From the human T2T-CHM13v2.0 reference genome, Homo sapiens, in the NCBI RefSeq assembly GCF_009914755.1, contig NC_060942.1: a DNA stretch of 64,000 nt. The stretch is one strand, 5' to 3'. Below the pieces are notes generated by a model. It did not search any database and was not told the origin of the DNA. It saw nothing but the letters and a program-made list of their open reading frames with translations. Below, one piece after another: positions 14,206 to 31,509 of the stretch (positions are counted from its first letter, which is position 1; each line of letters opens with the position of its first letter). The position numbers and the translations under genes were made by a program.

Positions 14206-14476
14206 ATTTTCAGATAGTCCTGGCATAAAATTCCCCCCAGAGTGTTCTGAGAGGCCTGGATCTCATCCTGTGAAAGCAAGCAAACAACCTTTTTAGCAAG
14301 GCTTTCTGAATGTAGATTTAGCTTTATGTCATTCTCATAACAGAATTAGGATTCAGTCCTGCTGATGATCAATTCTAGCCTATTGCAGAAAGTAAGCCCG
14401 AAGCCAATAGCCAACACATGATGACAACATTGTCAATGTAGGTTTTTTCCCTGGATGGTATTCTAGAGACAGTATG

Positions 14477-15332
14477 TGTAAACCAAAAATAAAATTCTAA
14501 GACCCCCAGCCATCTGAATGGACCTCTCCTCTTGGCCAAGGGCATTCCCAAGTTAACCTGAAAAACTAGTTCAGGCCATGATGGGAAGCGGGTGTCAGAT
14601 ATGCCTCATGATACTCCCCCTCCCTTTTGGAATTCAGGCCCAGCTGACCAGCATTAACATTAAAACAGGTCTTATGACTAACAAAGCAGACTCTTTGCAG
14701 CAATAGGACACCAAATTCCAGCCTGACTCTAGGATGGCATCACATAACAGATAGCAGGCCCTGAAAAAAATCAAAGTGTATTTCTTTGACATATTTTGAA
14801 ATGGGCCTGCAAAGCTGTCTCTTGTGGGGAAAATCTGCATTCTGTAGAGAATCTCAGTTCCTTTCCAGGTCTTTTTCCTGATCCAGGAGAGACTCATCTC
14901 TGATAAGACACATTTACAATCTATTCTCTCTGAAGCCTGCTACCTGGAGGCTTCCTCTGCATAATGGGAACCCTGGTCTCCACAACCCTTTATCTTAACC
15001 CAGATATTCCCTTCTATTGATGCTAGGTCTTTAGACAATAACTTAACTCTTTCAACCAATTGCCAATCAGAAAACCTTTGAATCTATCTATGACCTGGAA
15101 GCCCCTGCTTCAAGTTCTCCCCCTTTTCTAGACTGAACCAATGTACTTCTTACATGTATTGGTTGGTTCCTTATGCCTCCCTAAAATAAATAAAACCAAG
15201 CTGCAGCCTAGCCACCTTGAGCACATGTTCTCAGGACCTCCTGAGGCTGTGCCACAGTCCATTGGTCACTTACATTTGGCTCAGAATAAATCTCTTCAAA
15301 TATTTTACAGAGTTTGACACTTTTTGTTGACA
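14477..15332 (+). mobile_element. Solo LTR, MER4 group (MER4D/E-like, ERV1)
   Basis: TG...CA ends: tgtaaaccaaaaataaaattctaag ... ggctcagaataaatctcttcaaatattttacagagtttgac...ttgaca. Confidence 0.85.
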
Positions 15333-15787
15333 CAGGAGAAAGTTTCTTTATCTCCAGTGAGAAAGACCTTTCCCAATGTAAATAAGGGAAAAATGAGTCC
15401 ATCATATGTGTAAACTTTATGACAACTCATGTTATAGAAAATCTTAAATGACTGAGAGGCCAATACAAATTGCTAGAAGTTGAATGCTTAATGGCAGCAT
15501 TATTTCTGCGTGATGTTCAGTCCCATTGAAATACCCTCACTTTGCTTTTATCAAGAGAATGAGTTCCATCCTCCAAATCCCTTGTAGCTTCTGTCACTGT
15601 GTATTTACACAGGCCTAAATATCTGTGGTCTAACTGCCCATCCTTCAACCACTCACTGTAATTCTTGGTGACTAACTGTTGGTCATATATTCATCTCTGA
15701 AAAAGTCCTCCCTGTTCAATTCTAGAAGAAGAATCACATTGACTAAGAGGAGGAATGGATTTCAATAGAAAATTGAACTGCTGTTAC

Positions 15788-15942
15788 TGAGACAGAGCAG
15801 GAACCCCTGGGGCCTCCTCTGCACCCCCATCCACAAGCATGGAAATAAAGGAGAATCCTGAGTTCCTTCAAGGAAAGTTCCAGGCACCTAGCTAGCCCTG
15901 AGAAGTATATGAGCAACCTAATAACCAAAAGGTAATAATAGT
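15788..15942 (+). mobile_element. 5' fragment of MER39-like LTR
   Basis: Close match to the reverse complement of ~22005-22163 (caagcatggaaataaagg...gagttccttcaaggaaagttccaggca). Confidence 0.75.
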
Positions 15943-16609
15943 TCCCCTCGCTTTGTCTCACTGCCATCCTGCTATAATCAGTGCTTGTCTTTGCCGCCTG
16001 GGCTGGGTGGACCCAGGTTTGGTGTGGTGGCATTTTCAGAAGAAGGAGGAATGAAGCCTAAGCAACCACACAATTAATCAAACAGATGGATGGTGCACAG
16101 TACAACATCCAGAGATCAATTTAGAGAATCGCTACCATTTTTATAGGGTACCTACTACATGCCAGGCATTGTCTAGATATAATACATACACATATATATT
16201 AAATTTAATGTTAAACTTTTAAAATTTGATCAACTCTGGATGGATAACTCAGAATTACAAATATCTCCCTATTCTCCAAATAGCCTAGGTTACCACCTAC
16301 TTGACCTAAAAAACTTCATTAACTCAAAAAGATGAAAACATCATATAATTGGGGGAGGAAGAAGAGATAATTGAACTTAGAGCCCTACTTTTCTCTCTTA
16401 TACCAAGCAGCTGAATGATTAACATAATATTACAAAATACCTGAATTGTACTTGTTCTTGGCACTGACTGTAAGGAAGTTCTCTCAAATACATACTCTCA
16501 ATACTTTGGATTATAATACTGTATGTGTTTAGTTTTTCTCCTGGAGAAATTCCACTGTTCATCAGCCATGCTGCATTTTCTGTCATCTGCTTAGAGGACT
16601 CAGGTGAAG

Positions 16610-16855
16610 CTCTCCAGTTCTGAAATCAGTCGGCCTGATTTCAGGTCAAAGCCTTGCCATTGATCATCGAGTCAAACTCAAGATATTTCACCTCTTTCAG
16701 TTCCCCCACCTAGTTTCAGTTCCCCCACTTATAAAATGGAGCTAATTAATAGTATTCACTTCATGAAACTGTGAATCTTAATTGAATTAACACAGCTAAA
16801 TAACCTACAGTAATGTCTAGTACATAGTAAATGGTCAATAGATATTAATCACTAC
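16610..16855 (+). mobile_element. MIR SINE
   Basis: MIR core tcagttccccc...ataaaatggagctaattaatagta and 3' end acatagtaaatggtcaata. Confidence 0.65.
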
Positions 16856-16919
16856 TTGTACAATGAAGATGCTAGTAAGCCAATTCCAGCAGACCAGAGA
16901 GAATTGACGAAATAGCAGA

Positions 16920-17115
16920 AAGTGAGATTATGGACAGAGGCATGAATTCTCGACTTGCTTCTGTCCTAATAAGCCTTCTGACCTTGGACACGATACTTAT
17001 GTTTCCCAAGCCTCCATTTCTTCATCTATAAAGTGGAGATAATAATATCTCTTCTACATATATCATAGGTTTACTTTTAATCTATAGAGAAATAATAAAT
17101 GTGAAAGTATTTTAT
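16920..17115 (+). mobile_element. MIR SINE
   Basis: tgaccttggacac...agcctccatttcttcatctataaagtggagataataata. Confidence 0.75.
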
Positions 17116-17143
17116 GATAGTTACAGTGCTAAGCAGCTTTAAC

Positions 17144-17500
17144 TGTTAGGATTTGGTTTTGCTGCAAATAAGAGAAATCTCTCAAATAGCAATTTAAATA
17201 AGAGGAAATTTTATTTCTTTCTCATGCAAAAGAAGTCCGCAAATAAGCAGCCCCAAAGCTGGATTGGCAGCTCCGTGACATCAGGGATTTGGACAAAGCA
17301 ACATCAGAAATCCTGGTTCCACTATGTCCAGGGAGCAGACCTTCCTGGACATCAAGAAACATCTACTTATATCTTCTTGTTGCAAAGGAAGATTGCACAA
17401 ATAGTCTCATAGTTAGATGAAAACTGTAAATTGGGACCCACTGACAAGAGAGAGGAAGAGACAATAGATGCATTATGGGCAACTAAGGGTCTCTGCTACA
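17144..17500 (-). mobile_element. Old MaLR LTR (MLT1J/K-like)
   Basis: tgttaggatttggttttgctgcaaataagaga...tttaaataagagg ... gtctctgctaca. Confidence 0.55.
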
Positions 17501-17783
17501 ACTCTATGGCTTCAATATCTTTTACACATATACACTGCTTTTCACAAGAGTGAATTTGTGTTCAACATTCAGTCTCCTTTTTCTCTTCCTCTTCCCCTTC
17601 CTGTTCCTCCTCCTTCTTTCTTTTTTTTTTTTTTAAGTCATACAGTTATAAGTTAGTGGGTCACTGTTCGGGTTATAAGTTGGGATATAATCTATATTTT
17701 TAAAATATTTTTCTAGTTGAAAACAAATAATCTATTTTGGTATCAAAATGATTACTTTAATTTTATTAGAATTATCGCTTTAA

Positions 17784-18078
<295 letters not shown>

Positions 18079-18449
18079 GAATTATCCCCTAAAAAAACAT
18101 CAACCCATATGGCAGTGGCTAAAAGCCCCAAATTTCAGCTGACCACCTGAAAAACTAGTGCTACTGGTCACAACAGGAGTTAGGGGAATGGGGCTCATCA
18201 GAGCACAGTCCTCGCTGTTCCCGGCAAAGCAATTGATGGTATTTATCTTATTGATGGTCCAGGGCCATCCTCTTTATGAATCAAAGACAGCACATATTGC
18301 TACCCAGATTTTGCTTACTATCTTTTTGTTTTCTTAAAGGTACTATTATTTTGCATACTTCTTTTAAAAAGGCCAAAGTCCTTAAAGATTTAAAGAAAAA
18401 TGACCTCTATGTACCAATAACAACAACAAAAAAAAAAACAATCAAAACA

Positions 18450-18620
18450 ATTTCTTCTTTTTCTTCTTCTTTGGAGACAGGGTCTTGCTGTGTCACCCAG
18501 GCTGGAGTATAGTGGTGAGATCATGGCTCACTGTAGCCTGAATCTCCTGACATCAAGGGATCCTCTAACCTAGGCCTCCCAGAGCACTGAGATTATAGGC
18601 ATGAGCCATTGTGCCTGGCT
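18450..18620 (-). mobile_element. Alu monomer (FRAM/FAM-like)
   Basis: Single arm gagacagggtcttgc ... gagccattgtgcctggct. Confidence 0.8.
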
Positions 18621-18989
18621 CAAAAATTTCTCTTATCAAAATTTAAGAGATCTAATTGGAAAAAATATTTCTTTAGTTGCACTTCATCAAGTTTCTTTCC
18701 TTTCTGGATTGAGATGCCACCGTGCCATGTAACTTGTGTGTGTGCAGATGTATACTCTGATTTATTCCCAAAAGGATTTCAGGTGACTCCATCATATCAT
18801 GTAATAACCAAAAATATAGCACACACAGCAGATAAACATGTGGAGTTAAATCATTCAAATGGTTCCAGATGACTTTGAAACTAAACTTCATTTGCCTTGT
18901 TAATGAGATAAGCATTTAAGTCAAAAATCTTAAGGCTTACTCTCTTCAAAATGCTGGCGCTCCACATCTTTGTAAAGGGAACCAGCTCT

Positions 18990-19324
<335 letters not shown>

Positions 19325-20665
19325 GGGAACTAGCTCTTTAGCTATAGTTAAAGGTCTTCTAAGTGGCCACTTTCCACTCAAATGCAAGTAATGCAGGAAA
19401 ACGCAGGCTTGAGGATATATGTGCTTAGTGGTGTCCGTCACTTTCTAACTTCACACGTGAGTAGGTACAGTCACATATGTGCTTCTTATCTCCCCTGACA
19501 AGTTCCATGGATGAATTACTTTTCTTCATGAGAAAGTAAGTCTCTGCTGTGTTGACTGTTACAGTGACATGAAATAAAATACGGGAGAGATGGAATTAAA
19601 AATACTGTTTTATCCTTGTGCTAAAACATATTCATCCCAATATGTGATGGCTATGGTATAAAGATTATGCTCATAGAAATGTACACTGAACTACGAAAGT
19701 GTGTGTGGCAACTACAATTTCTACTAAATATAAATCACTGCCAAAAAATAAGACCCATTTTACCCCGTGACACAGTTCTGAAAAGTTAAGAGCAGCTTTA
19801 TCCCAATGAAGCTTTTGAGACTGTTTAAATCCTAGGAGTTTTACCAGGGAATCTATTCATGAAGTGTAAAAATTTGTCAGATCGTAGCTGGACTCACAAC
19901 GACATCGGAATAGCAAACAGAGCCAATGTGCTATGTTTTGCTTGAAGTGTTTGTTCTTACAATAAGGTTCTATGGAGAGTAGCCTGAAACAAAGATAACT
20001 ACGGGCTATGCCTGTCACAGTGTTCAATTTAGTGTGTGTGCTGAAAGGGTTATTTACTCCTGATAGTTTATACAATTCTCAAGGATATATTTGTTTACTT
20101 TTGTTTTGTTTTCCAGGATTGTTTTTAAAGTGATAAGTTAACTTTTAAAGAAGAGTAATGTCCTGAATATGATGAAACACAAATATTTATGCTGAGCATT
20201 CTACTGAAACTTAACTGGACAAACAATCTCAAAAATAGACAATTTTCAGGTTGAATCTTCCACTTTGCCAGGGTCATAAGTGAGTAGACATTTTCCCTAT
20301 TTGGCAGGATAGTCCTCTAGAGGCTGTTCACAATGGCAGCTGTGAGGGGACCTTGGTTTCCTTCTAAGGTGAGATGTTTGCTTCTTGTTACTTATTCAGG
20401 TAGTGCCTTGCTTTTCCATCTGGTCAAATAATTCTTGTTTTGATGCACTAATAACCAATAAGAAATCACTCAGAGGTACTTAGCCAGGATTTTAACTCAT
20501 CTTTAAGCTCTCTCCCTGTGCTGATGTAGGTTCTATTTAGAAGATAATTGTGACTAGAGAAAGCTCTTGGCTTTGATACATCCAAGAATCACATCATCTA
20601 GCTTTATTCTACTATATTAAACTATATTACGATGGAACATTTAAATATGAGTACTTATAAGCTAG

Positions 20666-22163
20666 TGTTAGCAAATTGAACTGAGGTCCCCCCACGCAAT
20701 ACAGTAAAGCCCAAACATCCACACTGAGGTTTGCAGCAGGAGAAAGGAAGGCATTTATTTGCAGGGCGCCAAACAAGGAGAATCAGGCAGCTAATGCGTA
20801 AGACCCGAATTGTCAGATGGCTTACAGGTAAGCGTTTTTAAAGGCTGGGAAGCAGAGTAACCTCTGCCTCAGCCAAAGCCATAAATCAATACACAGAAGT
20901 TATACATTGGTTTTGTTACTGGTGGCAAATATCTGAGTCACATGGCAGCAAATATGTTACCAGTAAAAGGTGTCCAAGTTACCGGCAGCGGCAAATCCCT
21001 CATGGGTCTGCAACAACCTCAGTTCTTACCTCCTCAGAAGAAAGAATTCCACTGAGGGCCATAAGGCAGAAAAGAGACCAAGGCAAGTTTCAGAGCAGGA
21101 GTGGAAGTTGATTTAAAAGCTTTAGAGTAGGAAAGAAAGGAAAGTACACTTGGGAGAGATCTAAGTGGGTGACTTGAAGAACAAGGGCGGTGTTTGACCT
21201 TGATCCTAGGGCTTTATAGGCCGGCCACTTTCCCATGATTCTTCCCTTAGGATGGCTGCCCGCATGCCCACTGCCCTCCTTGCACTTGAGAAGGGAGCAC
21301 ACGCAGTGTGTTTAGGAAGTTGTATGCATGCCCACCTCAGGCTTTCTTCCCTTTGCCAGTGGAGTGCCCCTGGGAGGTCACGCTATGCCATTTTGTCTCT
21401 TAATGCACACGCCTGGGAAGTTGCTTCTCCCTGGCATTTGCATTCAATTAACACTTTAGTACAACAAGTGTGGACCATCAGAAAATGGCCTCTCCCTGGC
21501 ACCCACTGCCAATTTATCACTTTTAGAGAGGCAATGTGATTGTTGCCGAACCATCACCCGACATGCCTAGTGGGTGGGGGAGAGCCCTCTCCTGCCCCTG
21601 CTCATGCCTGTCTAACTACCTGTAACAACTGGACCTAAAAAGGTGGGGCATCTTGAACTGAGGTCCCACAGGTCCCAGATGGAGTCAAAGATTTTCTGCC
21701 TTGTGATTGGCTCAGAAAGTAAAGCTTTGTCTAAAAATTTGGGATCAGCAGAAAAAAATGTTGGCATTGGCTCATGGGTGTGACCTCCTCCAGTCCCTTC
21801 AGGAAGAAATTTAGAACACAAAGAACACTGCTCAGAGTTGGGTCCTCAGTTCTCCCTCATCTGGGATCTCTGTGCTAGCAGCCCCATTTGGTGGAGGTCT
21901 GGGTTTCTGAAAAACAACTCAAGAACATATGTTAAGACTTTATCTTTAGTTTCTATAGCGAACCAAACATCCTCTGATTCTAACTTTCTTGGCTATCGTT
22001 TTAGGCTACTATTACTTTCTTGCTCATCAAGTTGCTCATTTACTTCTCAGGGCTAGCGAGCTGCCTGGAACTTTCCTTGAAGGAACTCAGGATTTTCCTT
22101 TATTTCCATGCTTGGAGGAGAGGGGATTCACAGGCCCCTAAGAGGGGCCTCTGCTCCATCTCA
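20666..22163 (-). mobile_element. MER39-like solo LTR interrupted by a second LTR
   Basis: tgttagcaaattgaac ... ctgctccatctca. 4-bp flanks ctag/ctgg. Sequence resumes after 21627. Confidence 0.75.
20914..21627 (-). mobile_element. MER50-like solo LTR nested in the MER39-like LTR
   Basis: tgttac...tgtaaca termini; aagaaagaattccactgagggccataaggcaga; ctcctgcccctgctcatgcctgtctaactacc. Confidence 0.75.
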
Positions 22164-22500
22164 CTGGTTGTGAAACAACAACAATAATCCTGCCTGTCTC
22201 ACGGGGTTGCTGTGGAATAGATCATCCATGAAGCCCAGGCCAGGAATAAGTTAAATCCTCAGCACGTATTTGGTTTTGTTAGCATTGCTAGAGGCAGCAT
22301 GGCGCCAGTCTTTCTGCCAAGAACAACTACACATTCTGCATAATATATAGAAATATGTATTTTAAATTGTGTGGATGAGCTGGCAAGAGTGAAGGAATCC
22401 TGAGCCAAAGACGAAAAGAAAGTGGGAACCCAGAGAGGTAAGCAAAGCAGGCAGGTTGGCTTTTGTGTTGAAGGCATGTGTTCTTCCTTTTTTGCCTGTG

Positions 22501-22503
<3 letters not shown>

Positions 22504-22539
<36 letters not shown>
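22504..22539. repeat. (GT)18 microsatellite
   Basis: Perfect dinucleotide run. Confidence 0.98.
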
Positions 22540-22541
<2 letters not shown>

Positions 22542-23149
22542 GCTTATGAGTACAAAAATCAAAGCCCAGTACTTATCCTGAAAGATAAATGGAGGAGTAT
22601 AAGGATACATCAACCCTCACCCCTGCCTAAATCTGGCACCATAGAGGACTGAATTTTCAATGTGAAGGTGAGCCAGAAATGTATCCTCCCCTTCCACCCC
22701 AGTAAAGAAATTTGCCCATCTCAAACCTTGGTACATTCCTATAATTCATAACCACAAACTAGACCCTACATGTTTTGAGTCTGAATTTATGTTACTGGGT
22801 TGATTCAACAAATCTCAAACCAGGGACTTAAATTCAAGTGATCCAGGATTGAGAAGGAACCCAGTCAACCAGCAAATACAAATATAAACCCTCCAGAAGG
22901 GTCCAGCTTTAACCCAGTCTTCTGAGAACTTCCACAGATAAAGGTCTGAAAAATATGAGCTCACATTTAAAAATCATTATGTGCATGCACGCACACACAT
23001 ACACACACACACACTCATGAAAACAAAGAAATTGGGAAGAGTCATGGAAATCATGACTAAAATCTGGTCTACAAAGATTTCAGATATTATACTTAACAGG
23101 TATAGAATATTTTAAAAGTGTATTAATATAATGAAAAAGAAGGGTTGAA

Positions 23150-23640
23150 AATGTGTAAAGGGTACATGGATATTTCTATATCTGTCTATCTTTGTATATA
23201 CCAGAAAACACAAGTTCATCCAGCACCCCAGGGTTCATTCCGGCCTTCTCCCCTCTTTCTGTATTTGTCACTCCTTTCTCTGACAGTGAGAAACCCAGCA
23301 CTCATAATAAACATTACATTTACTTGTGTTCTCAATCTTTGTGTACATAAAATAATTTGAGTCCTAACTCATACCTCTGTGAAAAACAAATGTACCATCT
23401 CAGTGCAAGATCTGTGTGCAATGCGTGGAGTCTTCTGTCTTAGAGTTTACAGTCAAGTTACTATTTTCCAAAGTTACTAGGTTAGTTCTTTTCCCTCCCC
23501 AGCCCACCTTCTTCAGTATGGGTATGTTTTTCATTTGTATTACTATGAGGCTCAACTGTCTGTTGTATTGCATTTGAGGTCCTCCCACAGCCATTTTGAC
23601 TTTAATTCTTTATTTTTAGGATATGTGCAACATTACCATG
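23150..23640 (-). mobile_element. L1MC-like 3'UTR fragment
   Basis: tctatatctgtctatc...ccagcaccccagggttcatt...ctgacagtgagaaaccc. Confidence 0.55.
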
Positions 23641-23922
23641 AACACATTTCACTTAAAGCCTGTTAAAGCCTGTTATCGCCATTTTATTCAATATTGTATT
23701 AGACATCCCAGCTGACATAGGGAGTCCAGAAAAATAAAGTTTACAAGGATTGTGAAACAGAACAAAATTCTCATTATTTGCAGATGATATTATTGTCTAC
23801 ATAGAGAACTCAAAAGAATCCACAGATATATTTTTACTATTAATAAGAGAGTAGAACAGGATTATTTTATATTATTAAAAGTAATATAGAAACCAACCAT
23901 ATGTTTTACATTACATTAGTGA

Positions 23923-24733
<811 letters not shown>

Positions 24734-25452
24734 GTGACAAATATAACATATAATAAAATATTATTTTTAAACTATTAAAATACAAACTATATAGAAATAA
24801 ATCTAGCAAAAAACGAGAAAGAACTTTATGAAAATGGTGTAAAACATGATGGAGAGATGTTAAAGCAGACCAAGATAAATGAAAACATATGTCATGTGCA
24901 TAAACTGGTATATTTAATAACATAAGCATATCAGTTCTCCCCCAGCATAATCTACAGATTTAATGCTTTCCAGCAAAAGTCACAATAGTTTTTGGCTTTG
25001 CTTCCTTTTGATGGAACTTGATAAGGTGATTCTAAAATGAAGAAGGAAAATTACAAAACACTACTAAGCGAGAAAAACAAGATTGGGGATTTGGCCAACT
25101 AAATATCAAGACTTAATATATATCTGTAGCAGTTAAGACTGAGTAGTATTTGCACAGGAAAAATAATCAAATAGAACAAAATATCAAGCCCAGGAACACA
25201 CCCACATGTGTGTGAAAACTTGAGTTATGACAGAGCTGGCTTTGCAAGTCAGCAGAGAAAGAATGGCCTTTTCAACAAATGTGGTGGTGTCCAGTGATTA
25301 TCCAGATGGAAACAGTGAAAATGGAATCTTATTTTTCATGAGACAAAAAAAGATTAAAAACTTAAATGTGAAAGGCAAAACCATAAATTTATAGAATACC
25401 AAAGGAGACTCTCTTTATAATCCCAGGGGAAGGAAAGAGTTCTTTAAAAACA

Positions 25453-27824
<2,372 letters not shown>

Positions 27825-28303
27825 AGAGAGTTTTTAAAAACAGACAAAACGTTATAGATTTAAATGGAAAATATTGGTACATTTGACTAAATTAAAATTA
27901 AAAACCGTTCATTATAAGATATCAAAAGAAAGTAAAAAGATATGCTAAAACTCTGGGAAGATGATTGCAACACATGAACAATGAGGGTTAAATAAAGAAA
28001 TCTTATAATCCCGTCTCCCTGCAAAGAGAAATTACCATCTAGAAAAATAGATTTGAAACTTGAATAGACCCTTTATAGAAAAGAAAATGATGACCAACCA
28101 CATTTACAATCAGGGAAATAAAAATTTAAGCAATGAGGTGCTATGTCACCTCATTTCACCTCAATCAGCCACCTGATTGCCAAAATTAAGAAATCTGATA
28201 ATGTCCAAGTATTGGGCAGGATGTGGAGCGGCCACAGCCCTATACACTGTTTGTAGGAGTGTCTATCACTACAACCACTCCAGAAAACAACCTGGCATTA
28301 CTT

Positions 28304-29201
28304 TCTGAACCAAACTAAACACTAAACTCCCCAGCCAACTCAATGGAACCCCTCTTGAGCAAGGGGACCCCAGAGAACCTGAAAAAATTAATTCCTGGTC
28401 ACGATGGGGAGGAAGATTGGAGACATCTCATTTTACCACTCTCCTTTTGGAGTTCAGGCACAACTGACCAGTATTCACATTAAAATAGAGATCATAGACT
28501 GACAGAACAGACCCTTTGGCAATAAGATACCAAATTTCAGCCTGACTCTGTATAACATCACAGGACAGATAGCAGATCCTAAAGGAGATCAAAATATTTT
28601 ACCCCAAAATACATTTTTTTCACATATTTTAAAATGGCCCTGCAAAGCTATCTTTTGTAGGGTAAATTTGCATCTGTAAAGAATCTCCAGTAATGCAACC
28701 AGTCCTTTCCTGGATCTGGAAGAGATTAATTAAGAGTCTGACACCTTTTAAGGTCCAAAATGGGACATTTACCATCTATTTCTCTGGAGCTTACTACCTG
28801 GAGGCTTTATCTGCATAACAAAAACCATGACTTCCATAATCCCCCTTATCTTGACTCAAGCATTTGCTTGTTCTTCTGACTTCAGGCCTTTAGCTTAACT
28901 CTTTCAACCGACTGCCAATCAGAAAATCTTTGAGTCTACCTGCGACCTGTGACTATAAACCCCACTTCCCATGAGATGTCCTCTCTTTCTGGGCTGAACC
29001 AATATATACGTTACATGTTTGATTTATGTCTTTGCCTATAACTTCTCCCTCCTTAAAAATGTATAAAACCAAGTTGTAACTTGATTGCCTCAGGCACACT
29101 TTCTCAGGACTTCTTGAGACTGTTCCCTGGGCCATGATCACTCAATATTGGCTCAGAATAAACCTCTTTACATATTTCATAGTTTGCCTTTTTGTTAAGC
29201 A
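28304..29201 (+). mobile_element. Solo LTR, MER4 group
   Basis: Homologous along its length to 14477-15332 (ccaaatt...agcctgactct, ccaatcagaaaa, ttggctcagaataaa). Confidence 0.82.
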
Positions 29202-29441
29202 AATCTGTTAAGATGAAAATGTGCACACTCATTGACTAGGCAGGACCTACATATATGTTCTAGATAAACTTTGCAAACATACATTAAGGGATTTGTACAA
29301 GAAGATGTATAGCAAAAAATTGGAAGGAATCTAAATTATAGACAATAATAGAATGTATGCTTCAGTAGTGGTCTAATCATACAATGGGCTATCATAGAGC
29401 AGGGAAAATGAATAAACTACAGCTACACATGCAACACACAC

Positions 29442-29775
29442 TGATATAGTTTGGATCTTTGTCCCCACCCAAATCTCATGTTCAATTGTAATCCCCAGTG
29501 TTGGAGGTGGGGCCTTGTGGGCAGTGATTAGATCATGGGAGTCGTTCCTTCATGAATGTTTTAGCACTGTCACTTTGGTGCTGTTTTCATGATGGTGAGT
29601 GAGTTCTCACAAGATCTGGTTGTTTAAAAGTATGTGGCACCTCTCTCTCTTCCTCCTATTCTGGCCATGTAAGATGTGCCTGCTTCCCCTTTACCTTCTG
29701 CCATGATTAAGTTTCCTGAGGCCTCCCCAGAAGCAGAAGCTGCTATGCTTCCTGTACAGCCTGCAGAACCATGAG
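29442..29775 (+). mobile_element. MSTA-like MaLR LTR, 3'-truncated
   Basis: tgatatagtttggatctttgtccccacccaaatctcatg ... cctgcagaaccatgag. Confidence 0.85.
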
Positions 29776-30394
29776 AAACACACACATACATAACTACATT
29801 TCATCCCATTTGCATAAAGTGCAAAAAATGTGAAAAATTACATAACACATTCTTCAGGAATGAAATGCATAAGGAAAAACTATAAAGAAAGGTAAAGAAA
29901 TGATTAACACAAAATTCATATCAAAGAGGAGGGAAGCGGATCGGATTAAAGGAACTAGAGAGCTTCCAAATCAAAAGGAATATTCTATTTCTTAAACTGG
30001 GTTTTGGATACATAGGTGTCCATTGTAGTGTTATTCTATATACCTTACATACATTAGACTAATTTATATCTACTTGAGATTTAATAAAATGTTAAAATAT
30101 TTTTAAAAAGCAAATTGCAGAATACTGCACACACCATAACACCCGTTAAGTAAACATGTTCACACAGACAAAACCACATACATCTGTAAATATGTCATTG
30201 CATAGCAGAAAGTGTAAAAGGCTCTCCACACACTGAAAATGGTAACTGCATCTAAGGAGACAGACTAGCAATGTGGACAGAGCTCAAGGAACATTTAGAT
30301 ATAGTTTTATTTTTTACTTTTCTACAGGGAGTTTTTTTATATTAATTATGTAATTAAAATAGGTTTTATAAAATTGAAGAAAAATTTGAAGAGA

Positions 30395-30623
30395 ATTTGA
30401 AAGGAAGGAAGAAAAAGGGGAGAGAGAGAGGATAAAGAAAGGAAAGGAGGGAAGTAAGAGAGGAGGAGAGAGGCAGAGAGAAAGGAGGGAGGAGGAAGGG
30501 AGGGAGGAGGGAGGAAGGAAGGAAGGAAGGAAGGAAGGAAGGAAGGAAGGAAGGAAGGAAGGAAAGGAGGGAAAAAGGGAGGAGGAAAGGAAGAGACGGA
30601 GGGCGGGAAGGGAAGGAAGGAAG
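30395..30623. repeat. Purine-rich tract with (GGAA)13 at 30513-30564
   Basis: Direct count of the run. Confidence 0.95.
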
Positions 30624-31227
30624 TGATACAGGAGAGAGAAAGAAATTATTTGGACAGATAGTGAGGACAAAAGAGTCCCCAGCAGAACTTCCCTTCTAAC
30701 AAAAAGCAGCCCTTGAAATCACTTCTTTTCTAACAAAGAGCTCCTTGAAATATTGAGCTGCAAACATAGATAAGGAAGCTGGAAGCTTGCACAAGGGGAT
30801 GCTGGCAGTGGCACAGACAGAAGGGGCTACCTGGGGCCAGGCATGTCCACCACGGGCGCTCCACCTCCCCTCTTTTTTAGCAACATGGGGTAACTACCCA
30901 CCTACATAATAAAAGATTGGGGTGGAGGCTGCCAGAAATTCACACCCTATACATATGACACACCTGGTCCTAACTGGTTTTTTACACCCTGTGTAGATCA
31001 GATACCACCTCTCCCAAATAGCTTATCTATAAAAACCCTTGCATTTCACTGCACATCAGCAAACCATTTCTTCTGGGACCCCTCTCTGTAACAAAGAGCT
31101 ATTCTCTTTCTTTCACCTACTAAAATTCTGCTCTAAACCTCACTCTTTGTATGTGTCCATGTCCTTGATCTCCATGGCTATGAGACCAAGAACCTCAGGT
31201 GTCACCCCAGACGACAAGGCTGGTTCA
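30624..31227 (+). mobile_element. Solo ERV1 LTR (LTR9-like)
   Basis: tgatacaggagagagaaagaaattattt ... gctggttca. TATA-like ctataaaa ~31027. 4-bp TSD gaag. Confidence 0.8.
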
Positions 31228-31370
31228 GAAGGAAGGAAAGAAGGAAGGAGAGAAAGAGGAAGGAAGGAAGGAGAGAGAGTGAGGGATAGAAGGAAGGAGG
31301 AAAGGGAGGAAGGAGGGAAGGAAGGAAGGAAGGAAGGAAGGAAGGAAGGAAGGGAGGAAGGAAGACAAGC
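31228..31370. repeat. Purine-rich tract with (GGAA)9 at 31316-31351
   Basis: Direct count of the run. Confidence 0.95.
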
Positions 31371-31509
31371 AGGTAAGCAAGCGACACCTCTGCTGGGCAG
31401 GCCTGGAGAACTGCAGAGCTGCTTCAAGTCCCAGCTCTGTCACAGGTGACTTCCCCGTAAAGGGAGGACGCTCCAGCCACCTCTTGAAGTGACTGACCTT
31501 TTCTGCTTC

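Noticed and set aside
16695-16728. 15-bp direct repeat tttcagttcccccac
   Set aside because: Small local duplication in a MIR, which is commonplace.
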